DNA of 64,000 nucleotides from Orbicella franksi (Eukaryota), in the NCBI GenBank assembly GCA_964199315.1, contig OZ116706.1, forward strand, positions 9,362,001 to 9,426,000, given 5' to 3'. Positions within the stretch are counted from its first letter, which is position 1. Each line of letters begins with the position of its first letter. A program made the position numbers and the translations under genes. This document shows, piece by piece, positions 25,290 through 38,300 of this stretch. The notes below the pieces were generated by a model. The model was not told the DNA's origin, searched no databases, and saw only the letters and a list, made by a program, of their open reading frames with translations.

Positions 25290-25590
25290 ATTAAAAACTG
25301 GATCATTAGATAATGCAATTCGAGAGTTTTGATTGGCTTAGCTATCATGGGTTATGAGCCATTATACCATGCTCTACAAATATGGTAAGCCGCGTACGCG
25401 TGATTTTTTAGGGCGTTTTTAATTAATTTTAGTTTAGTTTTCTATATTTTGAGGGCGTTTTTAATAAAACAATTATTCTACTCGCGCTTGTTGGATATGA
25501 GAAGATTATAGCCAGCTAGGCGCTAAGCACCTGGCTGGCTATCTATCATCTCATATCCAAAGCGCGCTCGTGGATTAATGGTTAATTGAC
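25290..25590. repeat. Interspersed repeat ending in a long hairpin
   Basis: ttggatatgagaagattatagccagctagg-cgctaagca-cctggctggctatctatcatctcatatccaa stem-loop at 25491-25560, extended by cgcgct/agcgcg. Resembles abundant anthozoan non-autonomous repeats (recalled, not searched). Confidence 0.6.
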
Positions 25591-25719
25591 TATATAGTTA
25601 ACAATGTTAACTCTCTGAAAGAGTTAATGCGATATAGAATTTATTCTTAGAATTTTACATCCGCGGTGTTTGCAAACAAAACTTCTGAAGGCTGTAGGTC
25701 GTATTATAAAATTGTAAAC

Positions 25720-26010
25720 TTTTCCTACTCGAGCGCAAGGGCCGCGCAGGGGAATAATGTCCCAGGGTCATGGCAGTAAAGACCTCGCCGTGCTCGGTCC
25801 GTACAAAAACGCCCGAGGGCCAATATTCCCCTGTAAGGCTCTAGCGAGCAAGGTTAGTAAATAGTTCAATATATGTCCACCAGGAGCCCATTATGGGCTC
25901 CTGATGTCGACCTATATGGCACTCGACAACAAAAACAAAAACATGGCTTATGACCGTTTCCATGTGAGACGGTCCGTATGGCAAAATCCTGACCAAGAAA
26001 AAACCAATCT
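25720..26010. repeat. GC-rich interspersed repeat with imperfect internal inverted repeats and a perfect 10-bp hairpin
   Basis: caggagccca-tta-tgggctcctg at 25881-25903; flanking gggcc...aatattcccc-type inverted segments. Family not assigned. Confidence 0.5.
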
Positions 26011-27880
26011 TACTTCAGGACTATTGCTTATTGTCGGCCAACAGAAATTGGATTTTCGTTTCAACTAACTTGTATTCATCACAGCTCCACACTTATCCCT
26101 TTGAGGATTGCTGCCTTATGAGAAAACAAAAAGACAAAAAAAAAAAAACACAAAATTACTAAAATAGGTTGTTAAAAGAAGTTTGGGTTACACCAAAGAC
26201 GAACTCTCTCCGTCTTTAGCGGAGTGTGGGGGAACCCTAACTCATGACGATTGACGGATCAGTCAACGCAATGCGACCAATGATAAACAATAACTATGGA
26301 ACCCAGGGTTGCTTGTTTTACTGACAAATAAATAATAAATCAAATTTAATCTGTTGCTGAACACAGGTGTATAATTTCATGTACCTTGATTACGACCTTG
26401 AGAAAAGAGCCTGTAGATCGTTTTGACCCCTATGAACATGTGACAAATGGAAGCCATATCCTAATCCTATTAACTTGAAATTTGTTGCATGATCTCACGA
26501 AAGTCGTGTTGAACGGAAGGATTAGCAGGAATTTTGCGAATCAGATGAAGGCTTGCAGAGATCTTTTCCTAATCTTAGTTGACAAATGTACATCCATACC
26601 AAGGAGTTGTATAAGGAGTTTGAAAATGAAACAATATGACAAATAAATGTTGTCATTTCACCCATTTTGTAGTCAAATGTGGTGTTTAGTCAAGTCAAAC
26701 AGATACATACGCATCAACGTGAAGATTGCTTGAGAACGCTGAGGAATTTTGCCCAGATTTGATTAATTGATTGTTATGTGTTTAGCAAGTTGTCTTCAAA
26801 GAGGATTCATAAAGCTGTTACATGACTCAAAGATGAATGTACAATTTCCTAATCCTATTTTTGAAAGTTCGTGCCTCTTTGAACCGCAAGTATAATCAAA
26901 AAACCAAGGAAAATATTTACAGGAAGCCTCAGCCCTTATAATTGACAGTAATTAATTTTCGTTAGCTGTCACTGTCAATATCATGGCTACATTTCAGTTG
27001 AACAAGAAAGCAATTAGCGACGACAAAATGCTAAAACATGTTCGCTGTCGGTAAGCTTAACTGGCTTGATCTAGTTACAGCAAAAATTATTTTCTTTCCC
27101 AACTAGAAATAGCATTTTTAAGTTTAGAAGAATTGCGAAAGCTCGACTACTCAAGTGAAGAGCGAGAGATCAGATTGCACCCTTATTGATGGAAAACGAA
27201 AGGTTGCACAAGGTCTTTCGGAAAGAGCTAAATTATAATGACCTATCCTTTCCGAAATGGCCCATGACTCAACCTTTTATCATCATCTTTAAGGCCAAGC
27301 GGACCACAAAGGTCTTCCACGAGCGATCCCAGCCGGCGCCGGCAATAATATATCCAGGGTAATTGGGTAATATGTGTAAAACAGGCCGTACATGTTCATC
27401 CCAGGGCGTACATCATCTTTTCCAGCCCTGCGCGGTCTCCAGCTGCCAACCTACTCACTCAACGAAAGAAAACAAGTGAATTTTCTTCGGCACTTTTCAG
27501 AAAAAAGAACATAGCCACTCAGCACCTTTAGGTGGGGCAACAATTATAGAAATTATCTTACCATCCATCAATGACACCTCCGTGCTCGTACAAGTTACTT
27601 GAACCAACTTCTCTCCAAATAGGCTCAATAAACAAACAGATGAAACTGTTATATGACCTTCAGAAAGTTGCTTTTCCTGGAAAAAAAGGTAAATGGGAAA
27701 CTTACTCGGATAAAATGGGCTACCTGAATAACTCTTAAAGATTTAGAGATTTATAAGCTGCTAAAAGGAAACTGACAGCTGTTGTGATTTCATAGGAATC
27801 AGGACACTGTACTTGAATATGCGCCAAATTCTGGCATCATGGCGGAAACCAAAATAGTTTACAAACTTTGTGTCAAGGAC

Positions 27881-27888
27881 TATAAATA
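27881..27888 (+). promoter_or_regulatory. Candidate TATA box of Dmbx copy 4
   Basis: TATAAATA about 400 bp upstream of the ATG at 28282. Position only; no transcript evidence. Confidence 0.35.
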
Positions 27889-28281
27889 TCGCAAATGAGC
27901 CGGGTAATACAAAAGCAAAGGCACATCACTCCACAGAGTTGACATACATAACACATTAACAAAAATGAAAAAAGGTTCCACTTTGGCCGTGTTCCTCGTC
28001 TTTCACGATACAAAGAAGAGATCGCATCAGTCGTGGGATGCAATAAAGAATGGTGCGAAGATTATTATGAGACACTTGTGATTGTAAGTGAGTATAACGC
28101 GAGATGAATGGGCTTCGAGGTCGATTATATCTACTTCCTGATAAACAACAGGACCCTCCCAGTTTCGGAAGATAAAAGAATTCCAGACCGTTGAAATTGA
28201 CGGCACATTTCAGTGTAGTCTCATTTGCGGTTCCTGATCCTTCCTCCAGGGTTCCTTTTCTTAATTTGGTAGTCAGCTGGC

Positions 28282-31200
28282 ATGGAAACGAAATATTCAC
28301 CATTTAACATTACGAATATCCTACGGCACGATAGTTGCGCTTCTAATCAAGGTCACTTCAGGAGTGTCAATATACACGAACCCGTACCATTTACACCAGC
28401 ACCAATGTCGTTGGCCGAGCGCTTAGCAGGTTTGTCGTCTTCCCCTTTTTTATGTTTCCTCAGAGTTTTTTCCGCGTCAATGTTATTGTTTGCTTGCAAG
28501 CTTTAAGCTTCATTTCTGAAGGCGACAGGGTCACTTTTTATTGACCTGTGCCTTGTTAAAAGAGAAATGCGCAAACGCGACGACAATGATGGGTTTGTTG
28601 TCATTTAGACGCGGGCAAGAGAACGCCCAGCGACATTTTTGTCTTCTCGGGTGTCTTGATCGTGAACTGGTGATGTTTTAGCTATAGTGATACTGGCCTA
28701 ATCCTTCCTTTTTGAGAAATTTGCGTTTTGATCTACAAGCTACGTCTTTGCAAAGCTTTGGTAACTAGTAATTTGCGAAATAGAGGAATCACTGTCAATT
28801 CTCTTAGACGTTTACAGCGCCATATCCGCCATGTGGCTTTATTCAATACGAGGGCTACGACACATGAATTCCGACGCACTATAGAGCTTTTTAACGGTAA
28901 GTTCTCTCTTTTAGAAAAAGGCTGGTCTTTAAGTTTGCATCAGTTTTCGTGCAGCACAAGTATCCGCTCCGACAACATAGACGCCATGTTTGCGTAACTT
29001 TCGTCTTCATTTGTGGAACTCGAGTCTTGCATGAACCACTTCGGGCACATGATGTTTCTTTGTGACGGTCTAGAGCTCAAAACAGACAAAATAACAAGTA
29101 TCATAACTGCTCGAGAGCATGAACAGTGCAAATTTCAGTGTTTGCAGCTAATAAACACTTTTTGCGGTATGATAATTGTTAGTTTAGAACCTCATAATCG
29201 ACTGATAAGTGTTACTACTCTAAATTAGTTTCCAGCAGTGTAAGTTCCCTAAAGATTAGACTCGTAATTCGCTAGCTTTACTTCTCTGACAACACTGGCT
29301 AAAGGCTCAAAGAAGTAGAGTTATTTTTTTGTAACAGTAAGGGAGCACAACTTACAAATTTTTCGACATCCTGTTCGACGCAGTCAACGAGGTTATCAGT
29401 AGAGGAAACCTGTCCTATATCTTCGACAGTGAATAGAATTGAACAAGTCTTTACTTTTTCGCTGCTTCTTATACCATACGCAAAACTTCACTCTTTTTCT
29501 TGACTCTTGTACGATTGAACATGTTTAAATTCGTCCGAGGTGCCTAAGGAACTTCTTACACTGTGCGTTACGGAAATGTGTCAGAGGCAAACTGTCGTGC
29601 TTTTGCTCATCATTTTCATTCAGTTGTTTCTTTCTTGAGTGTAGTCAATGTGATACGAATATGCAACATGAAATATCGTACGGTACACGTACTATATAAT
29701 AAACAAATGTTCACGTTGTTTTGTTCACAAGATAATAAGTGTTATGTGCCTCTGGCCTTGAAGAAAAGAGTATATAGTTCGAGCATCAGACGTTTGTTTA
29801 CAACGAGCGACTCGATAGTAAATTTACTCAAGGAAAATTATGTTTGGTATTCTTAATGTAAAATTATATTTTTTCGGTAAATTACTGTCTCCGTGCTACT
29901 GATCATTTGCTTTGGAGAGGGCCAAAATGATTACCGTGATAAAATGCAAATATAACGGCGCTGCCTTTCACTCGACGAAATTAAACTTGGCAGGCAAGAC
30001 ACTGTTTTAATACCATGTATCTTTCAGTAGAGCAAAGGTCTCTTAAACGTACTAATTTATAACTCAACTTGTAGAACATTTTGTAGATTCAACTTCATTT
30101 CGGTGTAAAAAGAATATACAGTACATTGGAAATTTACCACTTTGTTGTACAAATGTAAAACTTTAAGGTAAAAAGCTGTTAAAATTATGAGTCTAAACGT
30201 TTTCGGTCTGTTTGATCATCATCAGAGTCACTCTGATGATGATCAAACAGATCGAAAACGTTTAGACTCGTAATTTTAACAGCTTTCTACCTTAAAGTTT
30301 TATATTTTAATTTTATCGGCGAAATGTATATTTGTTGTACTTGTCGGAAGTGTTATAGTTTTACAACTTTTTCAAGATTTGTGTGTATTAAAATTTCCGT
30401 TTCTTAAATTCAACAATTACAATGTAGTGTGAGTAGCACACTCGTTGGGACTATTCATGAGTCAAACAAATTCATATCGTTTTTCCTTGTAGTAAGAAAC
30501 TGTAACACGCAGAGTCGACATGAATTTATTTTGTTTCGCTGGCGTACAAATTAAGAGTTACTCCACGTCCGCAGGCTATGCGGGCAAGTATAGTTGCAAG
30601 TGCTCTCCGCTTAATTAAGGGGGAAAAAACGCTCTTCTCGTCCATTAGGGCGCAAGGTGTTAAGCTGCAAATTTGTGTGTGTGTTTTTCATGAGTGTTTT
30701 GCTCCCCATTTACGACTTAACAACTTGGCATTCCACAAGAGCTGTCTTCCGAGGCTCCAAAAGTCGTGAAGAGTTAATCTGCGATGACATGTACAGGCGC
30801 CTTGTTTACTCGCCACAGTATTTTGGGTGGTCGTTTGATTTTGTTAGCCTTATTCCACAAGAAATTAGTTCTTCCTATCACTGATAAAAGGAGAGCATTG
30901 CTAAATTCCCCGAGTAAACGAGAGGTTTCTGGGATCCGGTATTGAATTGTGAAAGGGCGGCAACGTCATGTTAATTAGGGCAGCATCTGTTAATACTAAT
31001 TCGAATTACTTCATCGCAAAACGATTTCTACTTTACGGGTCACAATGTTAATCTTCATATATTTCTTTTTGGTCTGACCTTTTCACTAAGTATTACTAGA
31101 CGGAAGAGTAAATTGAAACAACAACTGCGTGAAGTCTTTAGCCCGGCTTTAGTTGTCTCCAAGCGACATCTGTCTAACAGTACTGTGCGTAAGAGAGGGA

Positions 31201-33976
31201 GAAAATGTATATCTTCTCAAGGGGTATAAAGTTCATAATTATACTGAGAACGCTTTTGCCCACCGAATAGCGAGGCTTACATACTTTGCCTTCATCGCCT
31301 TGTTTGCAAATTTACTCTATTTCCACTTCTGCTTTTTGTACCCAGAAGAAATCATAAATCAACAGTAATTTAATCGTTAACAATGGCCAAGCTATTAGAA
31401 TGACTCACGGGTATGGTTTTCAATGCAGTGCATTTACTTTAATTGGATCCAGCACACTGGGCTAACACGAACGGATTTTTTAGGGCAAATGTAGTTACAA
31501 AACCTCTAAAGGATCGCAACTTCAGCAAAGCTAGCCGATACAAAATTGTTCCAAAAGCGATTTATACCTTTCAAAAAGTGTCTGCTTGCATAATGTTTTC
31601 TTGCTTGGATCATCCCTGTAAAATTCCACTGACAGTCGGCATATGGGCGGTAAGTCAATAATATGACCCCCTGACTGCAAACAGCGTACATGTAGGATGT
31701 AGGCCCTCAGGCGAAAACACGTAGATAACTTTAAACAGCAGACTCTCACTCGATGGTTATTCGTGGTCTCCGAGAGGTGACATTCAGTGAAGGTAACCTT
31801 GGATAGAACCTCCCAGATAGACAAGGGGAATCAATCCACTGATCATCATCACTCAACTAACTTCAGTAGTTGGACTCTTAAGTTACATTCTTTTATGAAA
31901 ACGTCCCATGGAAGTTAGTACGTGGCGAGGTACTTGCACGGAAGTCGCTATTCCTTGGGTAAAGGGAAAAGAACTATGCCACATCCATTCAAATGGTAAT
32001 TCTGCATTGTTTTATAGTGAAAAGGTGAACACATCTTTACAAATGGAAATTCTTTTTTCGTCATACATTTGTGACACGAGAAGGTGAACAACATAAATCA
32101 ATGCTTCGCTTTCATGTCTCGCCGTTGACGTTACCTATGAGGTGCTCTTGTGGAAAATTTTGTTTTTATAGTTTTTTGTACAATAAACTATTGGCAGCAG
32201 CGGCAAACAGGTACGGAACGGTAAAACACATACTCTCTTAGATCTCGAGATATTCAGTTAATTTAATCAAAAATCTACACGGCAAGAAAGGCCTGGCAAT
32301 GGACTTAAACAACTCAGTGCGATCTCGATGTCGAGTATGATTTGTAGGCCGTGCAGAAATGTACTTTTTCTTCTTTACAAACTCAATTAGATTTCCACTT
32401 TTTTTTCTCTCAGCTGAAACTCTTTTTTATCATTTTGTTAACCTTGCAAGGATGAAGGTCGTTCTTCTGTTACTGACTCTTGGGAGTTCTGTACGTTGAA
32501 ACACGAGTTACAAAAATGAAAACAGGTTGAAAAAGCATTGTTCAGTTTTGCAAAGTCACTGAATACATTTCACAAAACGATTCGTGCTAAAGTTACATGT
32601 AGGAAGAAAGGACAGGAAGCGCAATACTTTGTGACTACCATAAACATAGGCAGGGTACTAATTCCATCAAATCCTACATGAAAAACAATTTGTCAGAAAA
32701 ACGACAGTTGCCTGTCGGCGATGCGATTAGGTTAACAAATAAGGCGCCGAGTAAAATTCGACGTATTTACGTGCCCTAATAGTGTGCCTACAGTTGTAAA
32801 ATGATTAATTACATTGGAGAGAAGCCTTCTTAGCGGAAATGGCACCAATTACTGGGCCATGGCTAAGTGCTTCAAAACGAATCATGAGGTCGCGTATCAC
32901 TTCAGGTCCACTGATATCAGACAGGCGAGATCAGTGGGAAGACAGAAAACCGCTTGATTTTTACATGTCTCTGTGATATAACAGGTCTTGTAAAGTCTGT
33001 GTTAATGGCTTGGACCCACATATTACGATAGGCTCCTTGAGAACCTTTGACATACGTGAGTAAGATGCACTAGTTGCGTATTATTAGAGCCATACAGGTA
33101 GACTACTGTAAACTACTCTGTGTTGGACAAGATCTTCATAACGTTGTTGCCTCAGAAAATACTTGTCAATAAAAACAGTGAGAAAAGTGAAAGTAAAGAT
33201 CATTCTTAAAAGCTTTCCGACCCATATTCTCCATTGTCTATAGTCAAGTATGATAAACAATTCTTTTAAGAGCGAGGCGAGATAAAGACGATACCTGTTT
33301 TTGCTGTCTTTTCGGTAAAAAAAAAAAGTTATATTAAGCCGCCAAAAAAGCTACCGCCAAAAGGTACCGTACTACTTCCAAAATATTGCATAGGCTAGGA
33401 TTCAACAGAAAGAGTGGCTGTCGTTGGATTTTAAATGACAACTTCATTTTCTGACCATACAAGTTGATTTCACTGAATGCTTCCCTGACGATGTTGGAAT
33501 AGCCAGTCTTTATATTGCTATGAGTTGTATACCACATTTGAAAAGTACAATCACCCACAACAAGAGATGCCAAGAGTTGATGCTTACTGTGTTGTAACGT
33601 AACTCTGACTTTTTGAAGATTTTGTGCATAAGTTTTTAATAGTGGTTATTTAAGAGAATTCCAGAGGCATGTTTTCCCGTGTTCTTCTTCTTTTCCCAAG
33701 TTGATAGTTAACAAGCATTTGTCACTTTTATGCCGTGGCAATGTTTAGCCGAGGTAAATGCAATCGGCTGAGCTATGTAAGAGTAGGCAAACCCCGCAGC
33801 AAAAATGCCCAGCGACCAAAGTAATGCGGTAAAATGAAACAAAAATAAGTAGAAACAACAAACAACTTATGAATAACCTTGGGAATAACCTTGGGGGTCA
33901 TTTGTTAAGAGCACTATAATGTAACTGTAATGTAAACTAGATAACTGCAGAAATTCTCGCGCGCTCATTGGCTAAT

Positions 33977-34009
<33 letters not shown>

Positions 34010-35338
34010 TTTACAATTTAAAATGCGATGCGTCAACGAGCGAGAGCGGGAGAGAGCTATCGCCTCGTGGATCCACAGTTACTTTGACAATGTTATGACG
34101 AAATTCATGATCAATAAAAGGGCAGACGCATGAAAAACTGATGTCAATTTGTTAATTAACACAGATGTGATTCTGGAAAGTCAAGAGGAGAAAGGAAGAC
34201 GCAAGCCAAGGCGCATGCGCACATGTTTCACGCCTCGACAACTTCAAGTATTGGAGCAAACATTTGCCAAGACGCATTATCCAGATGTACTATTGAGGGA
34301 ACAGTTGGCTAACTTTACCAATCTGCCAGAATCAAGAATACAGGTATCCGAGACGCTAATAATCAGACAGAAGTAAAATAACAAAGTAGACTCTGGAAAA
34401 AAAAAACTGTATTACAACTGTTTAAAGTGTCTTAAACAACACCAGGGACTGAGAAATACTGCAAACATAGGCGTAATCATTAGCCTGTGGGGAGCAGGAG
34501 AAAAGAGCTACCTCGAGAAATCGTGCTTAATTGATGACAAAAACAACAGCAGTTTATTTGTACCAAACTAAAAAAGAACTATTTTAACAAAATTATGATC
34601 TAATTACTAAAGATTGGTAACTGGGTTCCACTGCCTTCAGGTCGGGTGTCTATTGTAAATTACAATTGGGCAATATATTCCATCACGTAAATGAAATTAA
34701 CACAGAAATTCAAAATTAACAAAAAGAGCTATAACTGGGCTTCAACAATGTCCTTGGAAACTGACTAATCTTGTGAACAAGTGTTTACAGATGAGGTGCA
34801 TTTCAGACTTCTAATAATTTTGTGACATTTACAAAACCTTAGGTTTAGCATTCGTTGTAACATAAAAGGCCGATCATAAGTATACGTAGGCTTTCTTGCG
34901 GCTCTCTAATCCTGTTACAAATCTTGTGGCTTTCTTAAGGTATGGTTCAAGAACCGCAGGGCAAAGTATCGAAAATACGAAAAGTCTGGAGTAGAGATGG
35001 TTTCAAAAACAAGCCTTCCCTCATTCCTCAGACCTGACAGCTCAGGAAGGATGACGTGTGGAAGCTCACCGCTCCCTAATCGCTCCTTCTTTCAAACTCC
35101 AACAAGTCCAGTTTTGTCACCGGTTCCAAGAAATCCAAACATGGACCGACTACGCGATCACACACACCACCTTCCAAGCGTGTCTACTCTCCTTCCGCCG
35201 GTTCGTGAAATCCTTCCTCATAACATGATACCCACAACTTTTCACTCATTACCTTGCACACCTGAATCGCATCGACAACCATTTCCGACGTACACCCTCA
35301 GGCACTTCACGGACGTGCCTCCTTTTGGTTACAATTAA
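28282..35338 (+). CDS. Dmbx: Dmbx-like K50 homeobox gene, copy 4. Exons 28282-28429, 34165-34343, 34940-35338 (241 aa)
   Basis: [15 protein letters not shown] (eh1-like)...MSLAERLA G|gtttgt; cacag|AT gives [60 protein letters not shown]|gtatcc; aag|[15 protein letters not shown]...FGYN*. Exon 2 is 179 nt, as in copies 1 and 3. Confidence 0.9.
30156..30302. repeat. Near-perfect palindrome (73-bp arms, 1-nt spacer, 3 mismatches) containing hammerhead-like cores; probable inverted Penelope-like terminal repeat
   Basis: Centre cagagt-c-actctg at 30229; arms are reverse-complementary from taaaactttaagg to ccttaaagtttta; core CTGATGA-t-gatc-aaaca-gatc-GAAAACGTTT. Confidence 0.85.
33937..34159 (+). 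repeat. Interspersed repeat ending 5 nt before the exon-2 acceptor of Dmbx copy 4
   Basis: ataactgcagaaattctcgcgcgctcattggc...tattgtcaataagcggacagacacatgaat...gaaaaactgatgtcaatttgttaattaa; matches 19024-19170 in reverse. Confidence 0.8.
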
Positions 35339-38300
35339 AACAAACTGAAAAAGGATACGAATGGTATCCATATGACTTAGCGGTGTTTAGTATTTAACTA
35401 AGGAGGTTAGGTCGCACTACCTATGGTGAGTCTGTCTGTTCGATTCCAGTTTATTTACTCTAACCACAATTTCAGAGATAATAAATACAAAAGAAACCTT
35501 GATTTATGGCTACATTCAAAAGTTAATTTAAACTAGTCTTGAGGTCTACTTTTACCTGAAACAATTAGAAAAAGACACAAAAAAGAATCATTAACAAGCC
35601 AAAAAAAGATACGGGTGGTCAAAAGTGGACAAGGTTGAATTTATTGAACTTGGCAAAATGTCCCAATATCTAACTGCCTGTTACAAACATTTTTATAGAA
35701 TCATACGGCCTCTGTTGCTCGGAAATAATCCTTGTTCACACGTAGCTAAGATCTAATGAGCATTTCGGGGTCATTTTCTGCAGCTCTTTATAAATCGAAA
35801 GAAGCGTCAAGACTAGCCTGGTCAAGAAATGTGGTTTTAAAATATGCCATAAATCTACTGCTGTTATTGAAACTATTCATTATTTACTATCAGCGCGCCA
35901 TCTGGTTAATTTATTTATGGAGCCGAGGGGCTCATTTTTCTGTTTAAAACCAACAACCATTGTTTAGAAACAAAAGAGCCCAGTGTAGCAATTACAGCCG
36001 CGCCCATTGTAGCTCAGCTTAGCTCTAGAGCGGAAAAAAAAAAACATTAGTGTGGGTTTATAATCATACTGACACTGCGCACGAAGTACAATTCAACCCC
36101 TTCAGTCGATTGATTCATAACGATATTTCAAGGAAAGCATGTTTCCCCGACTTATGGCAACAAGAAAAGACCGTTTTAGAACAATTTATTCGGCAAGGTC
36201 CCAAAAAATAGTTCTAAATTAAAATTAAATCAGATGATCATCCCAACCATCCACACCATGTTATCAATTCTTGCTCAAGTTTTGCACCCAGAAAATATTA
36301 CCTTGATCCCTGATGTGAGGGACTGTCTGTGTGGCCCTGAGAAGGTTGCTCAGCTTGCTTGAAAATCGAACCACTTTTAGTGTTTCACAAGTGCTACATA
36401 ATACGTTACTTCAAGCATAAAGTACGTTTTCAAAGTAAGTTGTGAATAAAAGAGGAACTAGTTGAGAAAGAAAAGAAAAGAAATCATATCAACATTTCAG
36501 AATCTATTTTGTCTATTTTGTCTATTTGTCCCAACATGGATTCTGCTATTTTACGTAAGGGTTCATTTTAAATTTTTGTTGAAAATTTCAGTCAGACTTT
36601 CCAGCCACTATTACAGTAGAATTTCTCGACATCCCACCCAACCGCGCTCCTTTCGGCTTGATCATGACCTAGCCCCCTTTAATATACTCAAAATACGCTT
36701 AGCCACTTTGTACTTTAATTTTGATCAAGGACTCTGTATATTATTGATATTTTTGGAAAGATAATATTAATCAAATTTTTATTACACCTATATCTCATAA
36801 TTACTGTGCTACAAGGAAAATTCTCATTATTCAGACGTGCTTTGAACACGCTTATGTTACTTTTTTCGTAGTCTGTATTTACGGTTCATGCGTTGTGTAC
36901 TTTCAATATACAGTATTTTATAGTTAAATTTATTCAATATATATATAACTATTTATACGATGATCGATTCCATAGATTTCGATTACCGTGTAAAAACAAG
37001 AGTTTCAAAACTTGGCTGATTAAAAATACTGTTACCGTTTGAGTCTATTGAGTTATTTAACAATTATTCAATGTGATCCATCGCACTTTGGCAAATTAAG
37101 TCATAGCTATTAGTATATTGCGATTAGATTATTTGATTGATGTAAAATACGAATTTTATGCCAACCTTTTAAGCTCTGACCGGGTATAAAGAGATATAAC
37201 TGTGCCTGTTGTACAGCGTCCTTAAAGACTTCTGATGTTGATCTGCTGTGCTTGGTGTGTTTCACATGGTTTCAGGCATCGATTTATGATCAAAACAAAA
37301 TATTTGGCGAATAAAATTAAGTGAAGAACAAGTAGTTCTATCGAGTAGTGTAGACCGCACGGCAGAATTCAGTTTAAAATTGTCAAGAAATTTCATAATT
37401 ACCCAAAACGAAGTTTGTTTCTGGAGAAGCGATTATGCATTTTTCGTAAAACTTGAGAAGCTTGGTCTTAAAACCATCGACATGAAACTCTTCACTTGAG
37501 CTTAATAGACCAGGTGACATCCTAGATCAAATGGAAACGAAATAATTTCGGAATTTTTGACAAGTTTAAAGCATCTTTACCCGCCTGCTAGAAAGAACAA
37601 TAAAACAAATTTGCATTGTCATTTTTCTTTTACTTTGTCGATGATGTTTTCTCAGAAGCACGCAGACCAGTTCGGCAAAGTTTTATTACCTTCGTTTGTT
37701 AGAGTGTTGGTGTCAATAACACACAAACAACAGGTGCTGTGACGATAATTTAATTTATTTATACACACACAAAGAATTGAAACTACCCACGGTTTTGTTT
37801 TGGTGAAGTTAATTGGAACGGAGGCTGTAAACACTGACTCATGCCCTGAGGCGCCGGTTTGTGCCATAATTTGATTTTACACTTGACTGACAACTGAGGA
37901 CCAATAACTAATAACAGCCAATGAGAATGTTCCATTGCTGGTCCAATTATGTGAGTATTTGACCGGCTAAAGCATCTACTGACTGTAATGTTTCAATCTT
38001 ATATATAGTTGTGTAATAAATATCTTATCAACCAAGCTTCCTCGGAAGAGTGCAAGGAGAATAACAGCATTTCGTGTTTCTGTACGAACTCAGTCTCTGC
38101 TGTAGTGCTCCTGTGATTGATTAACGAGATATATAACTTCAAGAGGCTGCCAGCTTACAAAAAGTTTCAAGAATAATGTTTTTCAAATAGGATACTTCGT
38201 ACTTAGATTGAATGATGAGAATTTTCATTTAGATAACTAGGCAAGCTTCAAAGAAGAACGTGTTTTGACCCAGTGGGAGTCTTTTAAGTCAGATACATAC

